Positions 19,631 through 29,062 of a DNA stretch of 64,000 nucleotides are shown piece after piece (position 1 is the first letter of the stretch; every line of letters starts with the position of its first letter). Source of the stretch: Myxococcota bacterium. Lineage in GTDB: Bacteria; Myxococcota_A; UBA9042; PHBI01; JAWLBL01. A program made the position numbers and the translations under genes. The stretch spans positions 1-64,000 of the forward strand of contig JAWLBL010000001.1 in the NCBI GenBank assembly GCA_041687695.1, written 5' to 3'. The notes beneath the pieces are model-generated. The model was given only the letters and a program-made list of their open reading frames with translations, was not told the origin of the DNA and searched no databases.

Positions 19631-19653
19631 GGAGGGTGAACCCCGGGTGGGGA

Positions 19654-20673
19654 TCAGTAGGCCGGGATGTACATGTAGAAGGCCTTGCCGCCGCGGAACT
19701 GCGGGGCGAAGCCCTGGGCGCCCTCGGGCTCGGGGCCGACGTCGGTCTCGATGGCGTCACCGGTCGCCGTGTCCTCGGTGGCCGTGTCCTCGGTCGCCGT
19801 GTCCTCGGTCGTGGTGTCCTCGGTGGCCGTGTCTTCCTCGACCACGTCCTCGATGACCTCCTCCTCGACGTCCTCGATGACGTCGGTCGGGCCGGCGTCG
19901 GGCTCCATCTCGGGGTCGGGGTCGGGCTGGGGCTCGATGCCGGTCTGGCAGACGTTCAGCACGTCGGCGCACTCGGCGCCCAGGGCGTCACCGATGCAGG
20001 CCTGGATCTGCGCCTGGGGCACGTCGCTGCACGCGTCCTGCAGGCAGAGCTCGACGCGCTGCAGCTGGATGTTGGCCTGCTGCGAGGCGCTCGAGTAGCA
20101 GTTGCGGATGCACTCGGCCGTGGGCGCCTGGCCGCAGGCCTGCTGGCACTGCACGATGCCGATGCAGCCGCCGCTGCCGAAGGTGCCGCCCGCGTTGCAG
20201 GCCGAGATCTCGTCGAGGCAGTTGGCCTCGACGCAGGTGAAGTCCAGCGCGTTGCCGTCGACGCAGCCGTTCTGGCAGGTCAGCATGGCCTGCCACAGGG
20301 TCGCCTCGGTGTTGCTGGCCGGCTCGCAGGCGCCGTTCGGGCCCAGGGCCGTGCCCAGGCAGGCCTGGGTGACGTTGGCGCCGCACGCTTCGACCACGCA
20401 CTCGGTCAGCTCGGGGCAGATGAGCTTGTCGGTCGGCTGCGGGCCCTCGTCGGGGACCACGTCCGGCGTGACGTCGGGGCCGGTGTCCGGGCCCGCGTCG
20501 GGCTGCGCCGTGTCTTCCTCGGCGGTGTCGTCGCCGACGTCGCCGGTGGTGGTGTCGCCGCCCTGGTCGGGGGCCACGTCGGCGGTCGGCGTGCCGTTGG
20601 TGTCGTCGCCACAGGCGACCAGCGAGGGGGCCAGCAGCAACGCGGCCGCGGCGGCGAGGCTTCGAATCCTCAT
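19654..20673 (-). CDS. Cys-rich secreted lipoprotein with acidic linkers
   Basis: LVAC lipobox, repeated C..C helical units, EDTAT-type repeat x5 (15-bp units, 19763-19837). Confidence 0.85.
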   Translation of the reverse strand: MRIRSLAAAAALLLAPSLVACGDDTNGTPTADVAPDQGGDTTTGDVGDDTAEEDTAQPDAGPDTGPDVTPDVVPDEGPQPTDKLICPELTECVVEACGANVTQACLGTALGPNGACEPASNTEATLWQAMLTCQNGCVDGNALDFTCVEANCLDEISACNAGGTFGSGGCIGIVQCQQACGQAPTAECIRNCYSSASQQANIQLQRVELCLQDACSDVPQAQIQACIGDALGAECADVLNVCQTGIEPQPDPDPEMEPDAGPTDVIEDVEEEVIEDVVEEDTATEDTTTEDTATEDTATEDTATGDAIETDVGPEPEGAQGFAPQFRGGKAFYMYIPAY

Positions 20674-20821
20674 GAGGCGTCTCCAGACGGGTAGGTGGTG
20701 TGCGGGGCGGAAAGCTACGGGCGCGGGCTCGCGGGTGTCAAGCGCGGCGACGCAGTGGACCGTCACGACCCGGTCACCGGATCGTCACCGGCCGCGGCGG
20801 CGCGTCGCTCGACCGTGCCGC

Positions 20822-21979
20822 TCAGGCGTAATCGAGCAGGCGGGCCACCGGGTGGTCGGCGTCCCGGCCGCGGAAGAAACGCCGCAGCGCCTGGGCCACC
20901 AGCAGCGACTCGGGGGTGGCCAGGTCCAAGTGCACGGCGCGGGCGTCGAGCCCCGGGTCCGAGCGCTCCCACTCGCTGGCCAGCGCGCCCTGCAGCGAGG
21001 TCGGCCCGTTGAGCGTGAAGACCAGCGGCGGCACCCGCGCCGCGCTGGGGATGAGCGCCACGAAGACGCGGGTCGCGTGCCCGTGGTGGCCCGGGGCGTG
21101 GCCCACCTGGCGGCCCTTGCAGGCGACCTCGCGGACCCCGTCCAGGCGGTAGTGGTGCACCTGCCCGTCGCGCGCCACGGCGAAGCCGTCCTCGAGCACC
21201 TCGACCGCCTCGTGGGCCAGCTCGAGCCGCGGCGACAGGGTGCGGGCGTCGCGGTGCGCCTCGAGCAGGTCGATGAGCGCGTCCACCGCGGCCAACGTGG
21301 CCGCGCCCCGGGTCGTCACCTCGAGGGGGGCCCGCGCCACGGCGCCCTGGCGCGACGACACGCAGCGCCGGAGATCGCGCCCGCCCCGCAGGTCGGCCTG
21401 GGCGCTGCAGCGACAGCGGTCGGGGATGGGCGCCACCAGGTCGACCCGATGGACCTCGCCCCGGGGCGGCAGGGCGCCGTCGGCGGTCCCCAGGTCGGCC
21501 GCGGGCTGCTCGAGGCGGACCAGCAGCCGCCCCCGCTCGGGAGAGCGCAGGACGAAGGCTCGGTGCGGCCGGCGGAGATCGAAGGCGGTGGCGCGCCCGG
21601 CGGGGTCGCGCAGCTCGATGACGTGGAAGCCCCAGGTCATGCGCCACCGCGGCAGGCGCTGGAGGCGAGGCGCCACGTAGGCGGCATAGAGCCCGGTCAC
21701 ACCGGCAGCCGTGCCCAGGGCGGCGGCGCCCAGGACCGGCAGCAGCGACAGGTCCGCGGCCTGGGCGGCCAGCGCGGCCAGCGTCCCGCCGACGGCGGCG
21801 GCCGGCAGGGACCACAGCCCGAAGCGCCGGGTGAGGTCGGCGGCGCCGGAGGCGCGCAACGCCAGCGAGAGCGCCTGCGGCTCGGCTGCGGTCGTGCCAG
21901 CGCCGGCGTCGGGGGCGTCGGGGCCGGCGTCGTCCGGGGACGGCGCGAGCGGGGGCTGGTGGCGGTGGCCCAGGGTCAA
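20822..21979 (-). CDS. Hypothetical membrane protein
   Basis: Two hydrophobic segments and host-like codon pattern; start uncertain. Confidence 0.6.
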   Translation of the reverse strand: MTLGHRHQPPLAPSPDDAGPDAPDAGAGTTAAEPQALSLALRASGAADLTRRFGLWSLPAAAVGGTLAALAAQAADLSLLPVLGAAALGTAAGVTGLYAAYVAPRLQRLPRWRMTWGFHVIELRDPAGRATAFDLRRPHRAFVLRSPERGRLLVRLEQPAADLGTADGALPPRGEVHRVDLVAPIPDRCRCSAQADLRGGRDLRRCVSSRQGAVARAPLEVTTRGAATLAAVDALIDLLEAHRDARTLSPRLELAHEAVEVLEDGFAVARDGQVHHYRLDGVREVACKGRQVGHAPGHHGHATRVFVALIPSAARVPPLVFTLNGPTSLQGALASEWERSDPGLDARAVHLDLATPESLLVAQALRRFFRGRDADHPVARLLDYA

Positions 21980-22114
21980 CGGCGGCCGTCCCGGTGGGCC
22001 GAGGCTAGGACCCGGCCCTCGTGGCGGAGGGGCGGCCTTTGGCGAGCGCGGCTCATGCTGCGGCCATCGTTCGCGCGGGGCGCCTCGCCTGTCAATTGTT
22101 GCTTTGCGCGCGCC

Positions 22115-24148
22115 TCAGCGCGTTCGTGACCGGCCGGCGCGCGGGCGGTCGGCCTTGCGCCGGGCGTCGCGGTCGCAGCCGGCCGTTGCGGGTGACGCGG
22201 GCGGGCGCGCGGGCTTGTTGCTGGTGGGGCCACGGCCGGAGCGTCGCGAGGAGCCGCCCTCCTCGGGGGGCACCAGGCAGTGGGGCGAGCGGCCGATGAG
22301 GTCGTGGCGCCCGGCGCGGGCGAGCGCCTCGCGGGCGAGCGGCCAGTGCTGGGGGTCCCAGTAGAAGACCAGCGCCTTCATCATCTTCTTCTCGCGCAGG
22401 TCCCTGGCCGTGTAGACCGGCTCGCCGGTCATCGGATCGACGCCGGTGTGGAACATCGCGGTGGCGATGGCCATCGGGGTCGGGATGAAGTCCTGCACCT
22501 GCCGCGGGCGCATGTTGTTGCGCTTCAAGTACAGCGCCAGATCGATAGTGTCGGCGAGGGTCGAGCCCGGGTGCCCGGTGATGAGGTAGGGGATGAGGTA
22601 CTGCTCTTTGCCCGCCGACTCGCTGGCCTGGCAGAAGGCCTGGGCGAAGCGCTCGTAGTGCGCGATGGGGGGCTTTTTCATCTTGGCGAGCACCTCGGTG
22701 TTCGAGTGCTCGGGCGCGACGGAGACCTGGCCGCCGGTGTGGTGCTCGGCCAGCGCGCGGATGAACGCGGGGCTCTCGTTGGCGAGATCGTAGCGGACGC
22801 CCGAGGCGATGAAGACGCGGCGGATGCCCGGCTCGGTGCGGACGCTCTCGAGGAGATCGAGCAGCGGCCCGTGGTCGGTGTTCAGGTTCTCGCACACGCC
22901 GGGGTACACGCAGGACAGGCGCCGGCAGGCCTTCTCGATCTTGGGGTCCTTGCAGGCCAGCTTGTACATGTTGGCGGTCGGGCCGCCGACGTCGGAGATG
23001 ACGCCGCGGAAGCCCTCCATGCGCGACAGCTCGCGCACCTCGCGCAGCACGCTGTCCTTCGAGCGCGACTGGATGATGCGGCCCTCGTGCTCGGTGATGC
23101 TGCAGAAGGTGCAGCCGCCGAAGCAGCCGCGCATCGTGACGATGGAGTGCTTGACCGTCTCGAAGGCGGGGATGGGCTCGGTGTAGCCGGGGTGGGGGCG
23201 GCGCTGGAACGGCAGGTCGTACAGGCCGTCCATGTCGTCCTCTTCGAGCGGGTCGGCCGGCGGGTTGAAGTAGACCGCCTGGTCGCCGTGGGGCTGCATC
23301 AGCGGCCGCCCGTTGCGGGGGTTGGTCTCCATCTGGAAGAGCTTGGACATGCGGGCGAAGGCGGCCTTGTCGCGCTCGACCTCCTCGAAGCTGGGCAGGA
23401 CGACCAGCTTGCCGTCGGTGGTGAAGCGGCTCTGGTCGGCCAGCAGCGGCTCCCACTCGCCGCGGTTCTTCTTGATGTGGGCCGTGCCGGGGACGTCGGT
23501 GAGGTCGCGCACGTCCTCGCCGGCGTCCAGGCGCCTCGCGATGGCCCAGGCGGCGCGCTCGCCCATGCCGAAGACCATCAGATCGGCCTTGCTGTCGAGC
23601 AGGACCGAGCGGCGCACCTTGCCCGACCAGTAGTCGTAGTGGGCGATGCGGCGCAGCGAGGCCTCGATGCCGCCGATGACCACCGGGACGCCCGGGAAGG
23701 CCTGCTTGACCAGGCCCGTGTAGACGATGGTGGCGCGGTTGGGGCGCATGTTGGTGCGGCCGCCGGGCGAGTACTGATCGTCGGACCGCACCTTCTTCTG
23801 GGCGGTCAGCTTGTTCAGCATCGAGTCCATGTTGCCGGCGCTGACGCCGACGAACAGGCGCGGGCGGCCCATGCGGCGGACGTCGTCGGGGCTCTGCCAG
23901 TCGGGCTGCGCGATGACGCCGACCCGGTAGCCGCGCCCTTCGAGGAAGCGCGCGATGAGGATGGGGCCGAAGGCCGGGTGGTCGACGTAGGCGTCGCCGG
24001 TGACGATGAGGACGTCCAGCTCGTCCCAGCCGCGGGCCTCCATCTCGGCCCGGGTGGTCGGCAGGAAGGCCGCGGCGGCCGAGGCCTGGGGGCCGCGACG
24101 CCCCATGGAGACGGGCACGGGCTTGGAGCTGGGCGATGGCATGGACAT
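22115..24148 (-). CDS. ygiQ: YgiQ/UPF0313 radical SAM protein
   Basis: GDAYVDHP, EASLRR.AHYDYW, RGCFGGCTFC motifs. Confidence 0.93.
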   Translation of the reverse strand: MSMPSPSSKPVPVSMGRRGPQASAAAAFLPTTRAEMEARGWDELDVLIVTGDAYVDHPAFGPILIARFLEGRGYRVGVIAQPDWQSPDDVRRMGRPRLFVGVSAGNMDSMLNKLTAQKKVRSDDQYSPGGRTNMRPNRATIVYTGLVKQAFPGVPVVIGGIEASLRRIAHYDYWSGKVRRSVLLDSKADLMVFGMGERAAWAIARRLDAGEDVRDLTDVPGTAHIKKNRGEWEPLLADQSRFTTDGKLVVLPSFEEVERDKAAFARMSKLFQMETNPRNGRPLMQPHGDQAVYFNPPADPLEEDDMDGLYDLPFQRRPHPGYTEPIPAFETVKHSIVTMRGCFGGCTFCSITEHEGRIIQSRSKDSVLREVRELSRMEGFRGVISDVGGPTANMYKLACKDPKIEKACRRLSCVYPGVCENLNTDHGPLLDLLESVRTEPGIRRVFIASGVRYDLANESPAFIRALAEHHTGGQVSVAPEHSNTEVLAKMKKPPIAHYERFAQAFCQASESAGKEQYLIPYLITGHPGSTLADTIDLALYLKRNNMRPRQVQDFIPTPMAIATAMFHTGVDPMTGEPVYTARDLREKKMMKALVFYWDPQHWPLAREALARAGRHDLIGRSPHCLVPPEEGGSSRRSGRGPTSNKPARPPASPATAGCDRDARRKADRPRAGRSRTR

Positions 24149-24282
24149 GGGGCCCCCGGGGGTCACGACGCGACGGAGGCGACCCTAGACGGCGGCGCCG
24201 AGCGCCGCAAGGACGGTCGCTGCGCACGCCGCTGAGAGCCTCGATGGGGGCCCAACACCGCCGCGGCGGGCGCCCTTCCGGC

Positions 24283-24729
24283 TCAGAGCTGCTGGGTCGC
24301 CACCGAGAAAGAGCCCTGCAGGCACACCGGCTCGCAGTCGGGGCCGTTGGGGCGGACCTCCTCGACGTCGGGGGCGCCGCTGCCGAAGGCCTCCCACATC
24401 GCGACGTTGCCGCTGGCGGCCACCTCGACCGTGCTCGCCGTGGTCAGGAGCTGGAAGCCGGCCGCGTCGCAGGCGATCACCTGCCCGCCGCCGCCCACGA
24501 CCTGGCCGTCCTCGCAGTCGAAGCCGACGATGGCGCCGTCGAGGACGAGCTGCACGTCGTAGTCGTCGTCGACGGGCGGGGAGAAGGCGACGGTCAGCAT
24601 GTCGTGGCAGCCGATGAGCGTGCACTCGCCGCCCACGATCTCGCCGAACCCCTCGATGTCACAGGCGCTCAGCCCGCCCACGGACAGGGCTGCTCCCACG
24701 AACAACACGACTCGCCACGACGCTCGCAC
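24283..24729 (-). CDS. Hypothetical lipoprotein
   Basis: GGAGG RBS, LSAC lipobox, CTLIGC and PNGPDCEPVC. Confidence 0.75.
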   Translation of the reverse strand: MRASWRVVLFVGAALSVGGLSACDIEGFGEIVGGECTLIGCHDMLTVAFSPPVDDDYDVQLVLDGAIVGFDCEDGQVVGGGGQVIACDAAGFQLLTTASTVEVAASGNVAMWEAFGSGAPDVEEVRPNGPDCEPVCLQGSFSVATQQL

Positions 24730-24898
24730 CACCAGACCTCCATGGAAGGTCGGCGAGCATACGGAGCCGGTGAGGCCAGAGCAATGGGCCCCCGAGCCCA
24801 GACGCGCGAGGGCGGCCACGCGCTCGGCGCAGCCGCCCTCGAGGGAGCGATCCGGGGCAAGCCCGGGTCGGTCGGTCGGGCGCTTCGGCCCGGGTCGG

Positions 24899-25657
24899 TC
24901 AGACGGGCTCCTCGCGCAGACCACTGTAGCCGGTGGTCGTCTCGCGCTCGCGCGTGGTCCCGTGCTTGCCCTTGATGTCGCCGGGGGCGCCGGCGCGGGC
25001 ACCCAGGATGCCGCCGCCGAGGCCGAGCAGGCCGCTGACGAAGAACCACCACATGGCCGCGGCGCCCACGTCGGCCGCCTGACCGGAGATCTCCGTCACC
25101 TGCTGCTGCAGCTGCTGGCCCTCGGGCAGCGCCTGCTGCGCCTGCTGGCCCAGCTGCTGCGCCTGGGTCGGGCTCACGCCCTCCGCCGCCGAGCCGACGG
25201 CCTGCGCCGTCCCGCCCACCAGCGGGGCGAGCGTGTTGGCGGTCGTGCGGGCCGCCATGCCCCCCATCCAGCCGGCGAAGAGCAGCATCCCGACGAACGA
25301 GACCGCCCAGATGGCCACGCCCTCGGCGCCCGCGGCCTTCTTGGTCCGCACGCGCGACGACCGGAGGCCGACGAACGCGCCGCAGAAGGTCGCCACGCCG
25401 ATGGCCAGCGCGGTGTAGATGCCCGTGGCCCACACGTTGCCCTGCCCGAACTCGCCGGTGCGGGCGTCGAAGGCCGTCAGGCCGATGGCCGCGCCCAGCG
25501 CCATGAGCAGGATGCCGATGGCGAGCGTGGTGAAGGCGCCGACGAAGATGCCGCCCCAGCTGACGCGCGGCAGCGCGCGGCCGTACCGGTCGACATCGAG
25601 GTGATGGGGCCCGGCGACGCCACCGGCCGTCGTGTGGGTGGTCGTGTACTCAGCCAT
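24899..25657 (-). CDS. Hypothetical membrane protein
   Basis: RVSWG.I..G motif, four TM segments, GAGGAG RBS. Confidence 0.85.
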   Translation of the reverse strand: MAEYTTTHTTAGGVAGPHHLDVDRYGRALPRVSWGGIFVGAFTTLAIGILLMALGAAIGLTAFDARTGEFGQGNVWATGIYTALAIGVATFCGAFVGLRSSRVRTKKAAGAEGVAIWAVSFVGMLLFAGWMGGMAARTTANTLAPLVGGTAQAVGSAAEGVSPTQAQQLGQQAQQALPEGQQLQQQVTEISGQAADVGAAAMWWFFVSGLLGLGGGILGARAGAPGDIKGKHGTTRERETTTGYSGLREEPV

Positions 25658-25860
25658 GTCGTCTCCTCCTCGTCCGTCGCCGAGGCCCAGTCCGAGGCGT
25701 TGCCCCGCCAGCGGCTAGCCCCGCGGCGGTCCTCGGCAGGCTCATCGGCGCATCGTTCGTCACGCGCCGGAGCTCCCGACGCGCCAGGTTGCATCGCGGC
25801 GTCCACGGGGCCCGACGCGATCACACGGCTGTCCCGAAGATCCTAAGATCGCACGCGTTT

Positions 25861-26514
25861 TCAACAACCCTGCGCGTCGCCCGGCAGCAGCGGCGCCTTG
25901 ATGAGGGCCGCGATGAGCCGGGGCGTGGCGGGGTCCGCGAGGATCTCGGGGCGCTCGACCTTGGCCGCGTTGAGGGCGGCCTCGGCGGCGCGGCCCGCCA
26001 GGAAGGTGGCGCGCTCGAGGGCGACCGGGTCGCGGGCCAGCTCGGGGCGCAGCTCGTCGGGGCGGCGAGCCAGGAAGGCGACGAAGCGGTCGTGGACGCG
26101 CGCGACGTGCTCGCGGACCAGGCGGGCGCGGTCGACGGCGTCGACGAGCGGCAGCAGGTGCTCGTGCAGGGGCTGCTTGGCCCGGGTCGCGGCGACGAAG
26201 CCGAGGGCGAAGGCGTCGAGGGCCTCGGGCAGGGGCAGCGGCTCGAGGCGCCGCAGCATCTCGGAGGCCAGGGCCAGATCGCGCTCGAGCTCGCGCTCGA
26301 TCACGGCGGCGACGAGCGCGGCCTTGTTCGGGAAGTACTGGTATAGCGAGCCGACGCTGACGCCGGCGACCTCGGCGATGCGGTTGGTGTTGACCGCGTC
26401 GGGGCCTTCGGCGGCCAGAATGCGAGCCGTGGCCTCGACCAGGGCGTCGACGGTGACGCGGGCGCGGCGCTGGGCGGGCTTTTTGCGGGGGTCGGCGGGG
26501 GGTCGGGGCGGCAT
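25861..26514 (-). CDS. TetR family regulator
   Basis: P.Q.RA..TV..., TN.IA..AGVS.GSLYQYFPNK. Confidence 0.92.
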   Translation of the reverse strand: MPPRPPADPRKKPAQRRARVTVDALVEATARILAAEGPDAVNTNRIAEVAGVSVGSLYQYFPNKAALVAAVIERELERDLALASEMLRRLEPLPLPEALDAFALGFVAATRAKQPLHEHLLPLVDAVDRARLVREHVARVHDRFVAFLARRPDELRPELARDPVALERATFLAGRAAEAALNAAKVERPEILADPATPRLIAALIKAPLLPGDAQGC

Positions 26515-26608
26515 GGGCGGGCGGCCTGGATGCGAGTAGGGGCGCGGGCGGTGCGGGGCTAGGATCCAGGGCGAAACCGACATGGTCAAACGGAGCGGAG
26601 GTGACGGC

Positions 26609-27751
26609 ATGAGCGCGAGCATCATCGTGGCGGGCGGCGGCATCGGCGGGCTGGCGGCGGGCGCAGCCCTGCGGCAGGCGGGGTGCGAGGTCGAGATCTT
26701 CGAGCGGGCGCCGGCGGGGCGGCCCGAGGGGTCGGGGATCACGGTGCAGGCGAACGCGATGCTGGTGATGCGGGCGCTGGGGCTCGAGCAGCGCGTGATG
26801 GCCGAGGGGTGCGTGCTGACCGAGGGCGCCTTGTTCGACCACGAGGGGCGCGTGCTCGAGCGGATGGATCTGGCGGCGATGACGCCGGTGGACGCGTGCG
26901 GGGTGGCGATCCACCGGACGCGGCTGCTCGACGCGCTGCGCGAGGCGGCGCCGCCGGTGACGCATGGGGTGGCGGTCGAGGGCTTCGAGCCGACGGAGGC
27001 GGGCGTCGTGGTGCGCCTGTCGGACGGGTCGACGCGGCGGGCCGACGCGCTGGTCGGGGCGGACGGGCTGCGATCGCGGGTGCGTGCGGGGCTGCTGGGT
27101 GACGAGCCGCTGCGCTACGCGGGGTACACGACCTGGCGGGGCGTCGCGCGGGGCGTCGCGTCGGACGGCCGCGCCACGGGCGAGTACTGGGGGCCGGGCG
27201 CGCGGTTCGGGGTCGTGCCCATCGGGCACGGCGAGACCTATTGGTTCGCGGTGCGCAACGCGCCCGAGGGCGGGAGCGACGAGGGCGACCCGCGCGAGGG
27301 CCTGCTGGGGCTGTTCGGCGGGTGGCCGGAGCCCATCGGGGCGTTGATCGAGGCGACGCCGCGTGAGGCGGTGATCCGGACCGACACCTTCGACCGGCCG
27401 CCGAGCCCGAAGTGGGGCGCGGGGCGGGTGACGCTGCTGGGGGACGCGGCGCACCCGATGACGCCCAACCTGGGCCAGGGCGCGGCGCAGGCGCTGGAGG
27501 ACGCGCTGGTGCTGGCGCGGCAGGTCGAGGCGACGCCGGGCGACCTCGAGGGCGCGCTGCGGCGGTACGAGGCGCAGCGCCAGCCGAGGGCCGCCTGGAT
27601 GGTCGAGGCCAGCTGGCAGATGGGGGCCATCGGGCAGTGGGAGGGCGCCTTCGCGCGCGGGGTCAGGAACCTCCTGCTGAGGATGACCCCCAAGGGGGCG
27701 GTCAAGCGGCGCCTGGCCAAGGTGTACGCGGCGCCGCTGGAGGCGGCGTAG
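26609..27751 (+). CDS. FAD-dependent monooxygenase
   Basis: GGGIGG, GADG..S.VR, GDAAH.M.PNLGQG motifs. Confidence 0.93.
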   Translation: MSASIIVAGGGIGGLAAGAALRQAGCEVEIFERAPAGRPEGSGITVQANAMLVMRALGLEQRVMAEGCVLTEGALFDHEGRVLERMDLAAMTPVDACGVAIHRTRLLDALREAAPPVTHGVAVEGFEPTEAGVVVRLSDGSTRRADALVGADGLRSRVRAGLLGDEPLRYAGYTTWRGVARGVASDGRATGEYWGPGARFGVVPIGHGETYWFAVRNAPEGGSDEGDPREGLLGLFGGWPEPIGALIEATPREAVIRTDTFDRPPSPKWGAGRVTLLGDAAHPMTPNLGQGAAQALEDALVLARQVEATPGDLEGALRRYEAQRQPRAAWMVEASWQMGAIGQWEGAFARGVRNLLLRMTPKGAVKRRLAKVYAAPLEAA

Positions 27752-27754
27752 GGC

Positions 27755-29062
27755 TCAGGGCCGCTGGGCGAGGCGCTCCAAGTGGGGGCGTAGATCGGGG
27801 TGCACGCAGACCAGGCGCTGCGCGTGGCGGAGGCGCCCCAGCATGTGCACCACGTCCGAGCGGTCCTCGATGAAGCAGCCGCGGCCGGCGGAGTCGACCA
27901 TGCGGATGGAGCGGGCCGCCGAGTCGGGGCCGGTGAAGGGCCGGTAGGGCGAGTCGCGGGCCTCGTCGACCAGGACGTGGTGGTCGGGCTCGAAGCCCTT
28001 GACCCGGGCGACGGAGCGGGCGGCGTCGACCATCTCGCCGGCGCGCTGCGGGTCGCCCAGCGGCAGGGGCAGCGTCTTCCACAGGCGGCGCTCGACCAGG
28101 CCGGCGGAGAGATCGGCCAGGGCGCGGTCGGACTCGGCGGCCCAGTGCTTGAGGCAGACCCAGACGTCGTAGTCGTCGAGGCGGGCGAACTCGGGGTGGT
28201 CGAGGTCGCCGCCGACCAGCAGCTTGCCGAGCGGGTCGGGGGGCCAGTAGGCGAAGGCGTGGCCGGCCTGCTTCAGGGCGCCGGCGCGGCGCAGGACGGC
28301 CTCCAGCATGCGCTCGGCGGCGCGCGAGGCCTTGTGGAGGTAGACCTGCTTGTACATGTGGTAGCGGGCCAGGAGGTAGCCCTCTACGGCCTCCTGCGCG
28401 CCGGTGTGGACGGCGAGGTGGCCGTCGTCGACGTCGAGCATGGCCAGGATGCGGCCGAGGTCGAACAGGCCGATGCGGACGCCGGTGGCGTGGCCGTCGC
28501 GCAGGATGTAGTCGAGGCGGTCGGCGTCGAGCTGGCTGGAGACGACGTCCGAGAGGAAGCCGAGCGGGCCGAGGGCCTGGCGGTCCTTGCCGGCGACGCG
28601 GTCGGCGACGCGCTGGGGGAGCGCGGGGTCGAGGGCGGCGAGGGCGCGGTGGACGCCGGTGTCTTCGTGCAGGATGAGGCCGATGGAGCGCAGCTCGTGG
28701 CGGACGCCGGTGACGGCCTCGAGGGCGTGGCTGAAGGGGCCGTGGCCGACGTCGTGGAGCAGGGCGGCGGCGCGGGTGACGAGGCGCTCGTCGGCGGGGA
28801 TGGGGTGGCGGCGCTCGAGCTGGCCGAGGATGCGGATGGCGAGCCAGGTGACGCCCATGGAGTGGGAAAAGCGCGAGTGCTCGGCGCCGTGGTAGACGAG
28901 GAAGCTGAGGGCCAGCTGGCGGATGCGGCGCAGGCGCTGGACCTCGGGGGTGTCGATGAGGGCGAGCAGCAGGCGCCCCTCGTCCGAGTCGGGCGCGAGC
29001 GTGATGATGTCGTGGATGGGGTCGCGGAAGAGCTTGGGCTTGGGGTGCGGGGTGGCGGTCAT
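27755..29062 (-). CDS. HD-domain dNTP triphosphohydrolase-like protein (YwfO/SAMHD1 type), paralog B
   Basis: RDPIH, QRLRRIRQL, HSRFSHS, LLHDVGHGPFSH, DADRLDY, MYKQVY.H. Confidence 0.9.
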   Translation of the reverse strand: MTATPHPKPKLFRDPIHDIITLAPDSDEGRLLLALIDTPEVQRLRRIRQLALSFLVYHGAEHSRFSHSMGVTWLAIRILGQLERRHPIPADERLVTRAAALLHDVGHGPFSHALEAVTGVRHELRSIGLILHEDTGVHRALAALDPALPQRVADRVAGKDRQALGPLGFLSDVVSSQLDADRLDYILRDGHATGVRIGLFDLGRILAMLDVDDGHLAVHTGAQEAVEGYLLARYHMYKQVYLHKASRAAERMLEAVLRRAGALKQAGHAFAYWPPDPLGKLLVGGDLDHPEFARLDDYDVWVCLKHWAAESDRALADLSAGLVERRLWKTLPLPLGDPQRAGEMVDAARSVARVKGFEPDHHVLVDEARDSPYRPFTGPDSAARSIRMVDSAGRGCFIEDRSDVVHMLGRLRHAQRLVCVHPDLRPHLERLAQRP

